The position numbers and the translations under genes were made by a program. Shown here one piece after another: positions 11,273-25,640 of a stretch of DNA of 36,225 bases. The stretch comes from Conidiobolus incongruus B7586 (Eukaryota). Where the stretch lies: contig JNEM01012653.1 of assembly GCA_000697335.1 (NCBI GenBank), forward strand, positions 1 through 36,225. Reading direction: 5' to 3'. Below the pieces are notes generated by a model. The model was given only the letters and a program-made list of their open reading frames with translations. It did no database searches and was not told the origin of the DNA. Position 1 is the stretch's first letter; every line of letters begins with the position of its first letter.

Positions 11273-11860
11273 AGTTAGCTTCAGTTGCAGTCCAATATTC
11301 TATTAAAATAACATCAGTGATTTAATGTTGATTCTATCAAACTTATATACTTAGACTAGAAATCATTAATATTAATTTTTAACTTATTCAATTTTTTTGA
11401 AACTGAGATTAATGACGAAATTGGGTTTGAAAATATCAATTACTTAAGGTAAACGAATTTGATTGGTCAATAAAAGTTCCCAATAAAGTATTAATTTGAA
11501 ATAATTATAAAAATGACAAATCTATAATATTTTAATAAAAGATTATGAATTATTGCAATTTATAAATATAAATTTATAATTCAGATATCAATTATTGAGA
11601 ATAATCAACACTTAATCATTTATGGTGATTCTAATATTAGATTTTATACCTTTTCCTGAATTTTCAAATTGTGATTATTATTTTGATATTGGTTTATTTG
11701 GAAAAAAGTAAATTAGACATTAGGAATACATGATGCATCTAATATTATAGCATTTGGGTAAAATAGATATATATAAACGATAAAATTATAGTTATTAATT
11801 TATTGATATATTGTTAATATTATTAAACCCATATATTATCCAGTATTTTTCAGTAATAAA

Positions 11861-12049
11861 CTATCCAAACATTGTCTTGAGCCAAGGTGAAGAGAACGGA
11901 TTAGTCATAGGATTCATAAACTCTTTTGCCATATCCATTGGATTAGCAGTAGGAGTGCCAGTAGGCTGTGGAAGTATAGCATCACCAGTGGGGATTACGA
12001 TAGCATTCACAAAACTTCCTAATGTTGTTATAAAAAAAATCAACTTCAT
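11861..12049 (-). CDS. Small secreted peptide, 62 aa, unknown function
   Basis: Signal peptide MKLIFFITTLGSFVNA|IV; P/T-rich mature part; minus-strand TATAAAT at ~12106-12112; GC above background. Confidence 0.65.
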   Translation of the reverse strand: MKLIFFITTLGSFVNAIVIPTGDAILPQPTGTPTANPMDMAKEFMNPMTNPFSSPWLKTMFG

Positions 12050-13532
12050 TTTAAGAATTAAAATTAAATAAAAACAACAAAGGTTAATAATATGACTGTA
12101 GTGTTATTTATATTGGTGAAGATTTGATAAATCATAAAAAACTTGATTTGACTCCATATTATTTAATTTAGTTATCCTATGGCTTACCCCTTATAAAATT
12201 ACTTACATGTGACCATCAACATTTCAATTACTTGCATCAAATTTTAGTTGCTTCGATTTCTGTTTATTTCTTCGATATTGAATATATTAAATAATAACAT
12301 ATTGATGATAGTGTTAAATCCTAAACATTATTTAACATAGTCGAGTTAATAGTTTAATTTAAATTTACTTATCCTGAATATAGTGTACCACTGAGAAATA
12401 TATCAAAAATCGTAAATTGAAATAATATCGCACCTTTCAAATGTTGATGAAATTGATTATTCATTCTCCAGAATTGAAAATCCTTTGCAGAAACCAATCT
12501 AATATTATCCAATGATACATCCTCCAAATCCTAAATTGATTTTAATACATATTTATTTCATTCATTTTATCTTGGCAAGTTTAAAAATATATAATTAACT
12601 TTTAATATACTATTTGATGATTATTTTTGACAATATGTAAATTGAAAAAAACTAATCATATTTATATTAATAATTTTTATTTATGCTAATTTAAAAACTT
12701 TATCATTAATTTATTTTAATTTATTCAATAATCATAAATATTATATCAAATCAATTTATAAGTATATACATTCAAAATTCATTACTTGTCTCTAATCATA
12801 CAAGATTATATAATTTTTTAATTGAATTATATGAAAAAACATTATACAAATATATATAAGTATATTGAAAAATAATGTCTTTGATTTAGAGCTTTGTAAG
12901 ATAGTTCAAATATTACCTAATATTGTTATCTTTCAACTAGTTAAAATGATTAAAATTTTATATTAATAAATCCAAAAAATAAATTATTTATGATATTTTT
13001 TGATTAAAATACCAATTATTAGAAATAATAAACTTATAATTATCATTGAGAAAAAATGTATTGTTCAGTTTCATAAATATTAGTATTAATAATATGTCAA
13101 TATGTCAATACCTCAATATTTATATGATTATAAGAGTTAATTATTACAATCTATTTTCAATATAGGGCAAAAAATTTTAACAGCTATGCCAACAATTAAT
13201 AATGAAAAAAAATTGGTGTGTATTATTACTTTAACCAATGATTTTAGTTTCGTGAAAATTTTATTTGATGAAAAATGAATTACATATACATATTGAACTC
13301 ATTTAAATTTGATAATTTAGTTGATATTATCGGATCTCCATTAGTTTTGTTTTTGCATATAAAATGAACCGAATTTTCAAATTATATCTTATTTTATTCC
13401 CATTTTTATATATCAAAGTCATATTAAAAAATGATAACAAATTCAATTATGCTCAATATAAAGAGATTTTATTAAATAATATAATTGAATTTGTTAATGG
13501 GTTATATAATTTATATTTGAAATGATTCATGG

Positions 13533-16500
13533 TTATGACTGATGCCACTGATCAATTGATTTTATCCAGGATTGCATCTCAGCTTGACTAGAAGCTTGTA
13601 ACATATAGGCATTATTATTGGTATATAATGCGAATAAGAAATTTCTCTAGTATATATATCAGTATAATTAATCAATACCAAATTGGAATTAAAATTACCT
13701 GAAGTAATTGCTCCAAATCTTTGTTTTGGTCTACCCTTACACTGCTTAAATTAATTACACCTAATTCTTCAGTTTCTTGTTGATTTTCGTAAATGTAAAT
13801 GTAAGGTCTATAAATTTAAATTAGAGTTAATCAAAGTGTTATAATGAGGCTACTTATAAATTACCTTCTAATAACGATCCATTTCTTATTCCATGTATTG
13901 TCCAAAGGATCTGGCATTAATAAATATCCTCGTTTGGCAACTTTGTCTGGTTTAATAATTGGATTAACTTGACCAAGCATCTTAACCTGCTTTTCGGAGG
14001 TTTGAGATGAGTTGTTGAGGGTGTCACTATTCAAAGACCTCGTTCCATCTTCTGAATTTGGAGGAGTTAATTGTGAAGCTTCAGACAAAAATGACAACAC
14101 AGAGTTCTCTTCAAGATTAGAACCTTCGTTACCAGGTTTGAGAGGATCTGGGCGATACACAGATGCTACATCAGATGAAACACTTCTATTCGGATCATTA
14201 CCATTGATTGTGTTTGGTGTGAGCGGATCAACTTCTGAGGGTGCATTCGATATTATAGAATCTTGGTTACCTCCTGATATCGTCTCCTCCTTCTTACTCG
14301 TCGACAGTCTCCAAATTTCAAGAGAATCTTTTAATAACTGTTCCTCTGATTTACCAGATTTTGGAGCTGGCTTGCTATTAAATAAGAATGGATAACGATC
14401 GAGGAGCTTCCATGATTGAAGGGTTTGCTTAGTGAATTCGACAGAGCGCTTCATCTGAATCACACGTTCAAGCTTGCGATGCTGAACAATCAAAGAAACA
14501 TCTTTTGGTTTCCAGCTTCCAAGATTTTCCTCACCTCTTACATATGTTGAAGATGTATCAAGTCGCCAAAGCTCTGTGCGTTTCTTAGTTTTCTTGGGAG
14601 TTAATACCACTTGATACAATGATGATACTTTAGTATTAGGTTTGGAGGATGATGGAATTAGAGCTAAAAGTGATTTTGAGACCGATGTCGTCCTTGATGT
14701 GATAACAATTGAGATATCAGTTTGGAAAGTCAGAGGATTTTGTACACGATCGCACTCAATATTCCAATTCAGTGCGAGCATGATACGCTGATTGTTAGGA
14801 GTTGGTTTGTTTAAGAGTTCAGAATCATGGAGTGAGCTATCCCAAGTTGCTTGGAACGTTACATTACAGATACCATCTGATGTATACTCGATATGAACTG
14901 TGGAGGGAAGAATATTCAGTTGGACAGAACTTGGCGTTCCAGATTTAGCATTGTGATTATGAGTAAAACGACCCTTCTTATCTGCAGATCGAATGTTGCC
15001 TAATGTAATTTGTGTCACTTTATCAATCGTTAACTGTTTACCCGAGTTATGGCTCATTTTAACTACAATTCTTCTCTGTAGGCCTTGTCTCAATTGGAAA
15101 ACACCTTGGTCCATGCCACCTGTAGGTTCTACCTCAGCAGGAACATAATCGCCACTTGGGGCAAGCTCAGATATCTGAATCCAAGTAATGAAATCGTGAG
15201 TTTCTTTTTGGATCAACTCATCTTCTGGTCTTCTTTCTCTAGGTGCAGTACCAGCTACAGGGCCACCAATCAACTTAGAGTTGGAATTTGGATCAATGTT
15301 TTCACCGTTGATTTGGTTACTTTGGATGCCACGGTCTTCTTGATCCTTTTTAAGCAAAATCTTGGGTTGAGGTTTGCCCCATACCTCAAATGAAAGAGGA
15401 TGTTCGGAGATACCGTCAAGGAAAACTTGGTTAACCTTAAGAGCAAATGTGTGTCTAAAGTTGAAAGTAATAGGATTTGAACCGAAATCTGAAACAGGCT
15501 CTGTTGCATATACACGATCCCGGATACCAGCAGAGGCAGCAGAACCAAGGGGAAAGAGTCTGAATTGGGCATGAATTTCAGTAAAATCAGTTTCATTTAA
15601 ACCTGTAATCTCATGGATTACGACTTCAAATGTTAGCTGATCTCCAATTTCGAATGAGCTAGATGTTCCCGACATCTTGGTGGTTTTGGTAGTTGGATTT
15701 ACACATTGAATAGGGTTTAGTGTGACTTTTATTTTGCCATGAGCCTGTGCAGTGTTAGGGCATAAAATTGGAACTTCAAATGTCTGACTTATAAAATAAT
15801 GAAGTCCAGACATAGTAACTTCACTTGTACCTACAAGGTTGTAATGAGGGGCGGGAGATTCATAGAATGGATCTTCTAAACTGAAGTGTTCAGTGTACAT
15901 AGGGCGATCCATTAAATTATACAGATTTCTCATTCTTCTCAGTTTTTCCTTGAGTTTATCAATGGACCACAAATACCATACGCCGTTGTGATGATCCAGC
16001 ACTTGGACAGCAACAGCAGGATACCTTGCGCTAATAAGAGCAGTATCTTCTGAGGAATCTAGCTCATCAAACGGAGAAGAATATTCCCAGAAAGAGCTTG
16101 CAAGAGCAAGTGACAATGTCGGTACTATTGTGAATTGATATGAAGCACCCTTTTTAAGCTCGCAACTGATAACATTAGCTTCTTTTAGAACAACAGCATT
16201 AGTTAGTAAAGTTTCCATCATACCCACAAAAGTTTTTTGTTTTAATTTAGATAAACTCCAATTAATAAGTTTCTTTTCGTGCTCAGTGAATATCTGGGGT
16301 ACAAAGAGCTCAGATCCTCTGCGACTGTGCTGAATGAGCTTCACATGTTCTTCGAATTGACGACGTTGTTCACGAATTACACGCTTTAATTCTTCTTTAG
16401 AATCATCATCCGATTTAGATTTGTTATGTACAGACAATATTTCTTGTTTCGGAGATCCATCAAGATCGATAAAGCTGCTATCACCATTTTTTAATAATGT

Positions 16501-19029
16501 CTCAGCCAACATTCTCTTAATATGTGGTGGACAACTCTCATCCTCCATAATTTTTTTGAGTTCTGGATCTTTGAATACACTGTCCATATTTGGGAAGTTA
16601 GTTAAGTTGACTTCTTTCCAAGCATAGCTCCAGTCAACAACATCAGAGATCATGGAAGCTCGAGAATCAGGGCGTTCAAAACTAGCGTCGGAGTTTTCAT
16701 TAGATATACTAATTGAGAGACGTGATCTATCGCGCTCACGACGAACTTCTTCTGGATTCATAAATCTGAATACATGGTTATCTCCTAAAATAATCCTGAA
16801 TCCAGATCGGAGGCGCTTAGGCTGAGTGAGTAAAGTACCATTGACCATTGTTATACTATTTGGATAAGGGTGAAGGGTAACAGTATTGTTAACATTTTCA
16901 AAGTAACAATGTTCTGGCAAAATGCTTCCACCACTTAATTTGATGTCTGCATCATTGGGTGTATCTGCTAAACCAACTTTTGTGGTACCAAGTTTGAGAC
17001 TGTAAATAAGACATTCGCTCATAAGTGGATCTTCATTAAGATTGACAAGATGGGGTGTTTTCTTGGGGGAATGAACACCAACCTCATTTTTTTCGATTGT
17101 GATACCAAGCTCTTCCAAAGCTTTCTCACGTTCTTGCTGAATCCTTTCGGTATTTTTGAGTTTATCCTCCCATGTCTCGTTCAGCTCTTTCATCAGTTTC
17201 TCTGAAGCCTCCATTTGTTCCTTAATTTCTTGCTCTGTTTGTGAGACAAAGTTGTGACGCGTCTTTCCTTTCAAAGTACCCGGTATACTACCTGAGCTAC
17301 CATGTGATGTAGCATATGCTTCTTCAGGGTTATAAACAGCCAATTTGCTTCTGAGAAGTTCGAGTTCTTCTTTAAGTTCTCTGACAAGTTTGGCATTGGG
17401 ATCTTCGTTAACGACGGCTTGGTTAACAATTCTCTTGGCACGATCCGCGTATCTTAGCGTACTTAACGTTTCTTCATAATCAGCGGGAGAAATTGCGGCA
17501 ATCATGGCAGTTTTTGAATTACCACCTAACGAGTCTTTTAAGAGCCAAGTAAGCACCTAATTCCAGAGTTATATTTAATACTTCTATTAAAATAGCACTA
17601 ATTAAACTTACTGAATCACGATATGGGATAAATATGTCCTCCTTCTTTTTTCCTTTCTTAGCAGCTGCAGAAGATTGATCAGCTAAGGCAGAGATGACCT
17701 TACCAAGTGTTGTTAAAGATTTATTGATATTAGCACCTTCTTTTAATCGAACACCAGTGGCTCCCGTGGAGTTAGCACGCTCACTACCTGCTAAATCTAC
17801 AAGACTTTAATTTTTGAGGTTAGTTTTTGTTTAATCTATTATATTTTGTTTTGGTTAATCATTTTAGTAATATTTGATACTTTATTAATTTCATTAAATT
17901 TATAAGTTATATTTGATTTATAAAAGCCTGATTTATGAAATTTAAATAGCATTTCAAAGATTAAAAAATTTTTCAAATATTTAGAATATTGATTCAATTT
18001 AAATAGAGAAATGAACAGAATACATTGATCAATACCCGATATATGATCAAACTCTAATTCATTTTTTCTTGGATATCATGAAATTCTTTTGGTATTTTAA
18101 CAAAAATCGTATTTCTAAACTATCAAAAGAAAATTAAAGTTACCTTATTCTAGATACTTTTTCAGTATTCAAATTAGCATCAGGATCAAATCTAGTCATT
18201 GTTAGCAAGATAGTAAATACAGCATGAGATCTGGAAGAAGTTGCATTCATATTTGTGGAAGCTACAGTTCTTGCCTTGTTACCCTCGTCCATCAAATCCT
18301 CTATATCTTTATATGACTGAACAACCAATTTACTTAAATCTTCAACGTAAGGTCCCAATGCAGGGTGCTCTCTGACTTTTAAATTTCCCTTATTCTTTGG
18401 ATTCAGTAAATCTCTTACTTTTTCACAATAAATTTCCATATAAGACACTTGTACATTGTATTTCAAATGGGGATCGTCATTATTATTGATTCGATTAAAT
18501 AGTTCAACACATGTAAGCGGTATAAGACCTCTATCTTCGCCATAACCCACCTAATTTTAGAGCAATTTCGAAATGATGAATGCAATGTCTAATTTGATTG
18601 CTTTGTGTGTATTTACCATAGAATAAGATTTACCACTACCCGTTTGACCATCTGAAATAATTAAAATTGATTAGATTGAATATAAGGAACGTATAACTGA
18701 ATCTCTCAAAACTTACAAGCAAAAATACATGTATTATAGCCTTCAAAAGCGTGGTTCAATAAATTGATACCCACATCGTTGAATACTGTCGCTTGTGAAG
18801 CATAATTAGGGTCGGAAGGGTCTGAAGCAGACCAGTAACTCCTATCGAAAGTAAAGGTCTTAGGAGCATTATCTTCGTTATTGATCGCTTGATTTTTATC
18901 ATCTTTTGATGGTGGTGGTTTTTGTAAGATAGTCTGATTTCCGTTCATGGTAATGAGACCAACCGCCCCTCTCGCTTTTTCACGAGCGTTTAAAGGTCTA
19001 CAACGTACACAAACGAATATATTCGACAT
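13533..19029 (-). CDS. unc-104: Kinesin-3 family motor (Unc-104/KIF1A type), 1620 aa, 7 exons (18717-19029, 18617-18651, 18144-18550, 17612-17804, 13865-17556, 13699-13807, 13533-13646)
   Basis: Spliced frame has the P-loop [11 protein letters not shown], switch [12 protein letters not shown], switch [13 protein letters not shown]-loop [32 protein letters not shown] region ([16 protein letters not shown]...[12 protein letters not shown]), VKEAN-like stalk motif, [24 protein letters not shown] and a C-terminal PH domain. All introns are GT-AG with consistent phases. Confidence 0.97.
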
Positions 19030-22000
19030 TATGAATTAAATAAAATGACTTGAGTTGAATTATTATAAAAATTATTCAACTTGGAAAGATGAAATAGTAA
19101 AAAAAATCAAGTTGAATAGATGGACTAAGTTTAAAAGGTAAATATATTTTAGTTTAAATTACAGAATATAATCACTTACTCAACGATTAATTAAAAAACT
19201 TTTATAGATACAATTATTTGTTTTATAATAATAAATGAATTCAGTAGAAGTATATAATATGATTAAATAAATTTGAATTAAAACAAACAACGATAATTTT
19301 TTTGAATTGAATTTGCTATGAATTATTAAATGTAATGATTTAATTAATTCCATCTTATTAAAGGATTCCAACGTCCCATATACTTATTCATATCTCAATT
19401 GCATTGATTAAATTCATTTTGGATAGCAACTGATTGACTCGGAATTGGTAAGGATAAAAATTATCCAATCACCTCATCTCCTTAGCTGATCGAGTGTATT
19501 CACTCAAGGATCAATTTTACTATTAATATTCTTTGAATTTGATGTTTGTTTAACATTCTCCATATTCACAAATATCACAATTTAACTATTAATATTATTC
19601 AAAAGTATTTCTTATTTAACATTAAACAATATTATTGGAGATTATTTAATCTTTTTAACTTGAATAGAATAATTGTTACATAATATAATACAAATAAATT
19701 ACTAAATTTTTACTATATTATAATATATTAGATATAATATCAAAATATATTTATTATAATATGCGTGGCTATTATTGATGGCCATAATTATCAAATAGGG
19801 ACTAATAGATTATCTGAATAACATATCATTCAATTCTACAATAATAACAAAATGAATTATATATGATAATAAACAAATATATATATTCATTATTAAATAT
19901 TATATAAAAATTGACTAATATAATCTTTTCTATATTTATAGTTTTGTTGAAAGCTTAAATATATTGAAGAATTTAATTACATTAACAAAATTTATTATTG
20001 GCTATTTGTAATTATTATTTATTTTATATGTTTTACCAAATATGTCACAAGAATTTATTTTATTCAAAATAATAGTTTAAATTATTCTAATTATTAAATA
20101 AATAAATAATACAAATGAATAATTAATATAAAAAATGTGTACAATTATTAGTTAACCAATTTTTAGATTTATTTTACAAATAATGATTTATTATATATTT
20201 GAAAATTAAGTTAAACCTTCGTATATTTTACTAGATGAAAAAATAATCAGATTAAGATGATAGTTATTTTATTGTTTAAATTCAAGGCTTAAAAAGAAAT
20301 TGGTATATAATAAATATATAGTAAATATTTTATTTAACATAATATATGAATAGTAGATTGGAATATATTTTAAGTTATAGTTTTTTTACAAATTTATTAA
20401 TTATGATCAATTTATATTATATTAGAATATGAATGTTCATAGGTCTAATATCTATTATAAATTAATTATAATCAAAAATTTTATCAAATAGTAAAGTAAT
20501 GAAGTGAAAATTTTATATTTTTAATGAGTTTTATTTGATAATTCGAATTTCAATTTGTCCCAATATACCAATTTTAAAATTTTATTACATTCAATATTTT
20601 CATTTGAAGATATCTGGACTCAAGGTATCATAGAATAAATTGGTAGTTTATTAAAATTGAAAAAGGCAATATTAAAATAATTAATAACATTATATGCTAA
20701 GTAATTTAATGCGGTACCTAATATCCCAGCTATTCAATAGTTCGAATTTAATTATTCCAAAATTATACCTTAGCTAGAATCCAGAAAATTATTAATATTA
20801 AATCATAAACTGAAATTTTAAAAAAATAATTTCTGTAATATTAACCATTTATTAATAATAAATTAGACACAAAATGTCAATATTTGATATATTTCAATTC
20901 AGTTTTTGAATTAAATATCATACTGTACAATACATATTGACTTTTTGAAATACGAATCAAATATAATGTATTGATGATTTTTAATAATATGAACAAGGAA
21001 TTGAGGAGTTGCTTTTAATCAATAACTAAATTAATGCAAAAGATGATTCAATCTTTAAATATTATTAAATAATTTGGAATTACTATGATATAGAATATTT
21101 ACTCAAATTTAGTATCTAAATAAATTGATTGCTTTTTAAAATCATTTAAAGTATCTATAAGTGATCTACTTAATCTGTAATTTAACACTATTGTATACAA
21201 AGCTGGAAAATAATTTTATTTTTAGGTTCATATTTTTTAATATCAATATTTAACAATTAATAGTTATAATATAGAATAATTAATTATTTTAATGCCAATA
21301 TCGTTTATTTTATGGCAAATTAGGCAATCTATATTGGGTTCTAGGTTTAGATAGTGAAGAGGTAATAACAACAGTTCATTTAATTAAATAATCCATAATA
21401 TAATTTTATTTCAATTTTAACACGTGTTTGAATGCTTGAAATCAATCAATTTTATAGTGAGTAATAATAATCAATACTATTTATTGATTTTATCAAAATT
21501 GATTAATGAAACTCTACTTGTAGAAACGCTAAATAAATACCTTAAATATTTGGTGGTTGTTGTAAAATACTTCATAGTATGAAATATTAACTAATTTTTT
21601 CATTCTATTAATATGGTCTGAATTGGATGTATCCCTTTTATCTAACCTGTTTTATCTACTAATATTAGATATTATAAAATAATCTACCCTTAATTTCAAT
21701 ATTATACATTATTATTGAACTAAATCAAACTAACAAAATAATTAACGATATAACTTTAAACGGTAAAATCATTGAACCAATCCCTTTAAATCTCTGGCCC
21801 TATTCGATTTAAATCAATAAAACCAAAAATTAATTTCATTAAAGATAATGATGCTTGAATATTTTAATTTGTTATATTATTATATATTTAGATTATTATA
21901 TTAAGAAATCTATATCCTTTTATTATAATTAATTGATTCTTTACATTATTTGCAGTAATTCATTAACATATGATGTTAATGGATTTAAATTTATATTTTA

Positions 22001-22910
22001 TAATATTATTATTTATTAGCGTTATGTCAAATTATTAAATAAATGTAAATTTATGCAATTTAAGGAGGATTGAAGGATATAACGGATTTTAAATACAATG
22101 TTCTCATTGAGTAACAAATTTTTTATTTCGATTATATCAAATAGAGAAATATTGAATAAAAAAATCAATTGAAATTTTCATTGATAATATATATTAAATG
22201 TCAAAATAGATGTTTGAATTATAACTATATAATTTATATTATAAAAAACTGAAAAGAAATTCACAGTAATGATATTATGACCCAGTTCAAAAAACGTGGT
22301 AATATCTTTTTTACAATTCACAAATTTTCAATATATTATTTGAATATTAAAAATTGGTAATTTAAATAAATTTTGTGAATATAATTCACTGCCAGGTGTT
22401 AAAATTTCAATTATAACATTATTTGATTTGTTGCTTATAATCCTAGTATCAATATAATAATTTTATTTTTTTAATCCAAAACAAAAAAAATTATAAATAA
22501 TTTCAATTTATTTTATTAGTGGAGAATCAGAAATTTAGGAATGAATATTCAATTGTATGACAGTTATCAAAAGATTACTAGGAATATATCTTAGTAAAAA
22601 ATATTATAAAGATCTAAAAACAATTATTATATAACATAAGATCTTATTTCATTTAGTATTGAAATTAGCATTATTTGATTAATTATTATGAATGGTACCT
22701 TGAATATTTTATTAAACAGATTTACTTTGCAAAAATTCATTTGGCTCAAAAATTGAAAAAAAACAAAGAGTCAAATCAATGATTTGAAATTTATTATATA
22801 TTTATATTAAATGAAACCAAAAAGTATACAGTATTGTTTTAAATCCATAATTCAAATATTCAATTTTCAATTTCTGTCAACTCCATATTTTTAAACATAT
22901 AGAAAGATTC

Positions 22911-23245
22911 ATAACAGGCAACTGAAATCTGGAATAGTTGTATTTAACAACTATAATTGTGGGAGGAAATAGACTTTTAGAGCTTAAACAGGAAATCACC
23001 AGTGGTAAACAATAGATTACCAAAAAATTAAGGGAAATTAAGGAAGTTCACAAAATTAGGTGAAAGCAGCTTACTGCAAATAAAGTAAATATCTCACACT
23101 TGTCACAACTCAATACTTTTGTGAATGTTAAGAGAAAAACTTAGAGACCAAATAATTTTGAAATGAAGGTAGAAAGACTTGTTTATTAGTTCACTTATGA
23201 TAATCTTGTATTAGTTTCCATTGTGGATTTTTGTGGACATGAATA
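22911..23245 (+). mobile_element. Degenerate repeat, copy 1; probable non-LTR retrotransposon (L1/Tx1-like ORF2, post-RT) remnant
   Basis: Alignable by eye with 25311-25640 (shared GGAGGAA.TAGACT.TTAGAGCTTAAA, ACTCAATACTTTTG, GAGAAAAACTT, TGAAATGAAG, TGGACA.GAA). Translation *NLE*LYLTTIIVGGNRLLELK resembles the 'W..LYLPK.EGGLGL.DL' motif of L1-type ORF2. The repeat is certain; the LINE identity is inference. Confidence 0.45.
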
Positions 23246-23481
23246 ACTTACAGGTGGAAAGTGTTAATTTCAACTAGTTCATGAAATGAGGTACCTCCAA
23301 TGTGACTTCTTGAATTGGTGTGGTAATCGGAGTTTCTTGAGTGATGGACCAGATTATTCCCCATCATATTGATGGGAATTAAAATCTAATATTGAGGAAA
23401 GTAGATAATATTGCTTAAGTATTTATTTGATTTGATTCCAATTATATTTCGATATAGTTTCTCTGAGAAGTTTGATTCATA

Positions 23482-24842
23482 ATTATTTTATCAATCATAT
23501 TCTTACTGTAGTATTGCTAGATTTAATGGATGCCCAACACTGACCTGCAAAGCCCAAATTCTTCTAAACTATTAGTTCTTTAGAAGGTTTTATCATGTTT
23601 CTGGTGCGAAAAATAATTATAGTTTGAAACGTAGTGGACCTCCAATACTAAATCCTGGAGTAAACTCACAAATATCAAATTCGAATGTAAAGAAGATCCT
23701 AGATGAAATCAAGTACGAAAAACATAAAATATACTAGCCGATACTCTATCAAGCACTATCGACTTTAAAAAACTAATTACTATTCATGTTAAATTCTATT
23801 CATTTTGTAAAGAGGATAAAAACGAATGATACTGAAATTTGATTAAGAAATTCACCCAGATAATATTGACTATAATTAACCCTGGTATATCAGATTCAAT
23901 AGGAGTAATTGAGTCAACGAATTATTTTCAGATAGTTGGCGATGATAAAATACAAAGATATCCAAAACTTTGTTAAAGCAAATGTACTTGAAAGAAAATC
24001 CTAATATTTTTACAATGACTATGATTTAATTAATGCGATGGATACGGATGCCAAATTCTGGTTTGTAAATAGTTTAATCTTGAAAAATATATTTAATAAT
24101 TTATTATTGTAGTGTGCAGATAAAATCGAACCTGATCGGTATAATCCTTATTACTACATTGCCCATTCGATCACTAAACATTTTGGATTCACTAACAGCT
24201 CGGATACTTGGATTGCCACCAGTAGTGACTTTGTGAGTCTTGCCTTTGTGGTCAATTCTTATCAAAACATGAGACTAAATTTAACGAAATTAAACTTTCT
24301 TAAACTTTCCCTTCGCTACTACTGATGATGAAAAGAGCATTTAGCCCAATACTCGACCAATTCACCAAGTTTCCCGTGTAATAAAACTTTAAAATCGTTG
24401 CTGATTATTTACCTTTTTTCCATGAATCAAATTTATTTGAATGTCGGAAACTATTACATACGATTTATACCACTACAAAACATGTATATCTTTTACTATT
24501 CAATCCTAACTCCCTCTTACTTGATATTTCATTTCAACCTTTCAAAAGACAAAACCCCAATTCACCTGAGGTCTAAAGCCTACATTGGTATCAAGAATAT
24601 AAATTCTATATAATCAATCTAGATCTACTTTCAAAGACATTGTAAAAGTTACAAAGAGTACCTATCTCTTTAGTTCTGGGCTAATTGCTATATATAAAAA
24701 ATTTGGATATAACATCTAATGTGGTATTTTTACCATTTTTATCACTTCCAATCCAGATACTAAAAAAGACAAAAAAACTAACAAATCAAATTCAATTGAA
24801 TATGTAATTTTCATTTTACTTATTTTGGTATATTTATTCAAA
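23482..24842 (+). pseudogene. Array copy A: pseudogene paralogue of 26870-28273
   Basis: Colinear homology: LMDAQH*PAKPK, FECKEDPR*NQVR, KFYSFCKE, DAKFWF|gt intron donor, DKIEPDRY, IHLRSKAYIG, KKFGYNI, hydrophobic tail. Many stops and frameshifts. Ends approximate. Confidence 0.85.
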
Positions 24843-25310
24843 TTTTTTTGTAGTAAGCATTCATTTGATAAAAGTTTTTAATAAAAAATCTACATGCTTA
24901 TATAAAAAAAATTATTTATATATTAATAATCTATATAATTTATAAAAATAAGTTTTTTTATTTGAAAACATATGACAATACTATATTTAATATATATTTA
25001 ATCATAAAACTAAAGATTAATCAAATTACATACATAATTTTCTTCTTTTATCAACTTCCATTTATTATAATTTACTTTTATTTAAAATAATAGGCGAAAT
25101 TATCAAGATACTATCTAAGGAGTAATCCTGTATTGTTTTATTAAGGTTATCAATACTATATAAAAATCATAGCTAATTTCGGAATCTATTGCCCATAATA
25201 AATCATTAAATAAATAGAGTAAAAATATAATTTCAATTACTTATTAGAAAATATTTTATTATTAAATATTATTTTTTTTGAATCTATTCAAAATTATTAA
25301 AAATCATGAT

Positions 25311-25640
25311 CATTGAAATTTTAGTGACAACTGAAAATATAGGAGGAATTAGACTATTAGAGCTTAAATAAGGAATTTTCTGCGATAAATGATGAATTTC
25401 CATGAACTTAGCAAGGATTATTGAATTTTACCAAACAAGATGAAAGTGATTTACTGTAATTTAAGTTTTTGAATAAAGATCTCATGCTCATCATGACTCA
25501 ATACTTTTGGTGGGCGATACGAGAAAAACTTGGAGGAGGCATACCTATGAAATGAAGATATCTAAACTACTTTTATTGACTTACTCAATATAACCTTATA
25601 TTAGATATAATTGCGACTATTTTTGGACAAGAACAGCACT
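25311..25640 (+). mobile_element. Degenerate repeat, copy 2; probable LINE-like remnant
   Basis: Diverged direct copy of 22911-23245; reads IEILVTTENIGGIRLLELK ... QYFWWAIREKLG. Confidence 0.45.

Noticed and set aside
14012..16627. Plus-strand ORFs 14012, 15085, 15374, 16421 and alternative-frame ORF 15270
   Set aside because: Antisense or out-of-frame shadows of the long kinesin exon.
19360..19515. Short hairpins (GGATAA-AAA-TTATCC, GAGTG-TATT-CACTC) upstream of the kinesin
   Set aside because: Stems too short, no tRNA/snRNA/snoRNA boxes; more likely ordinary promoter DNA.
20600..21845. Possible decayed minus-strand gene starting MKLIFGFIDLNRIGPEI*
   Set aside because: Stops in all frames and no motif I can identify; no visible homology to the array.
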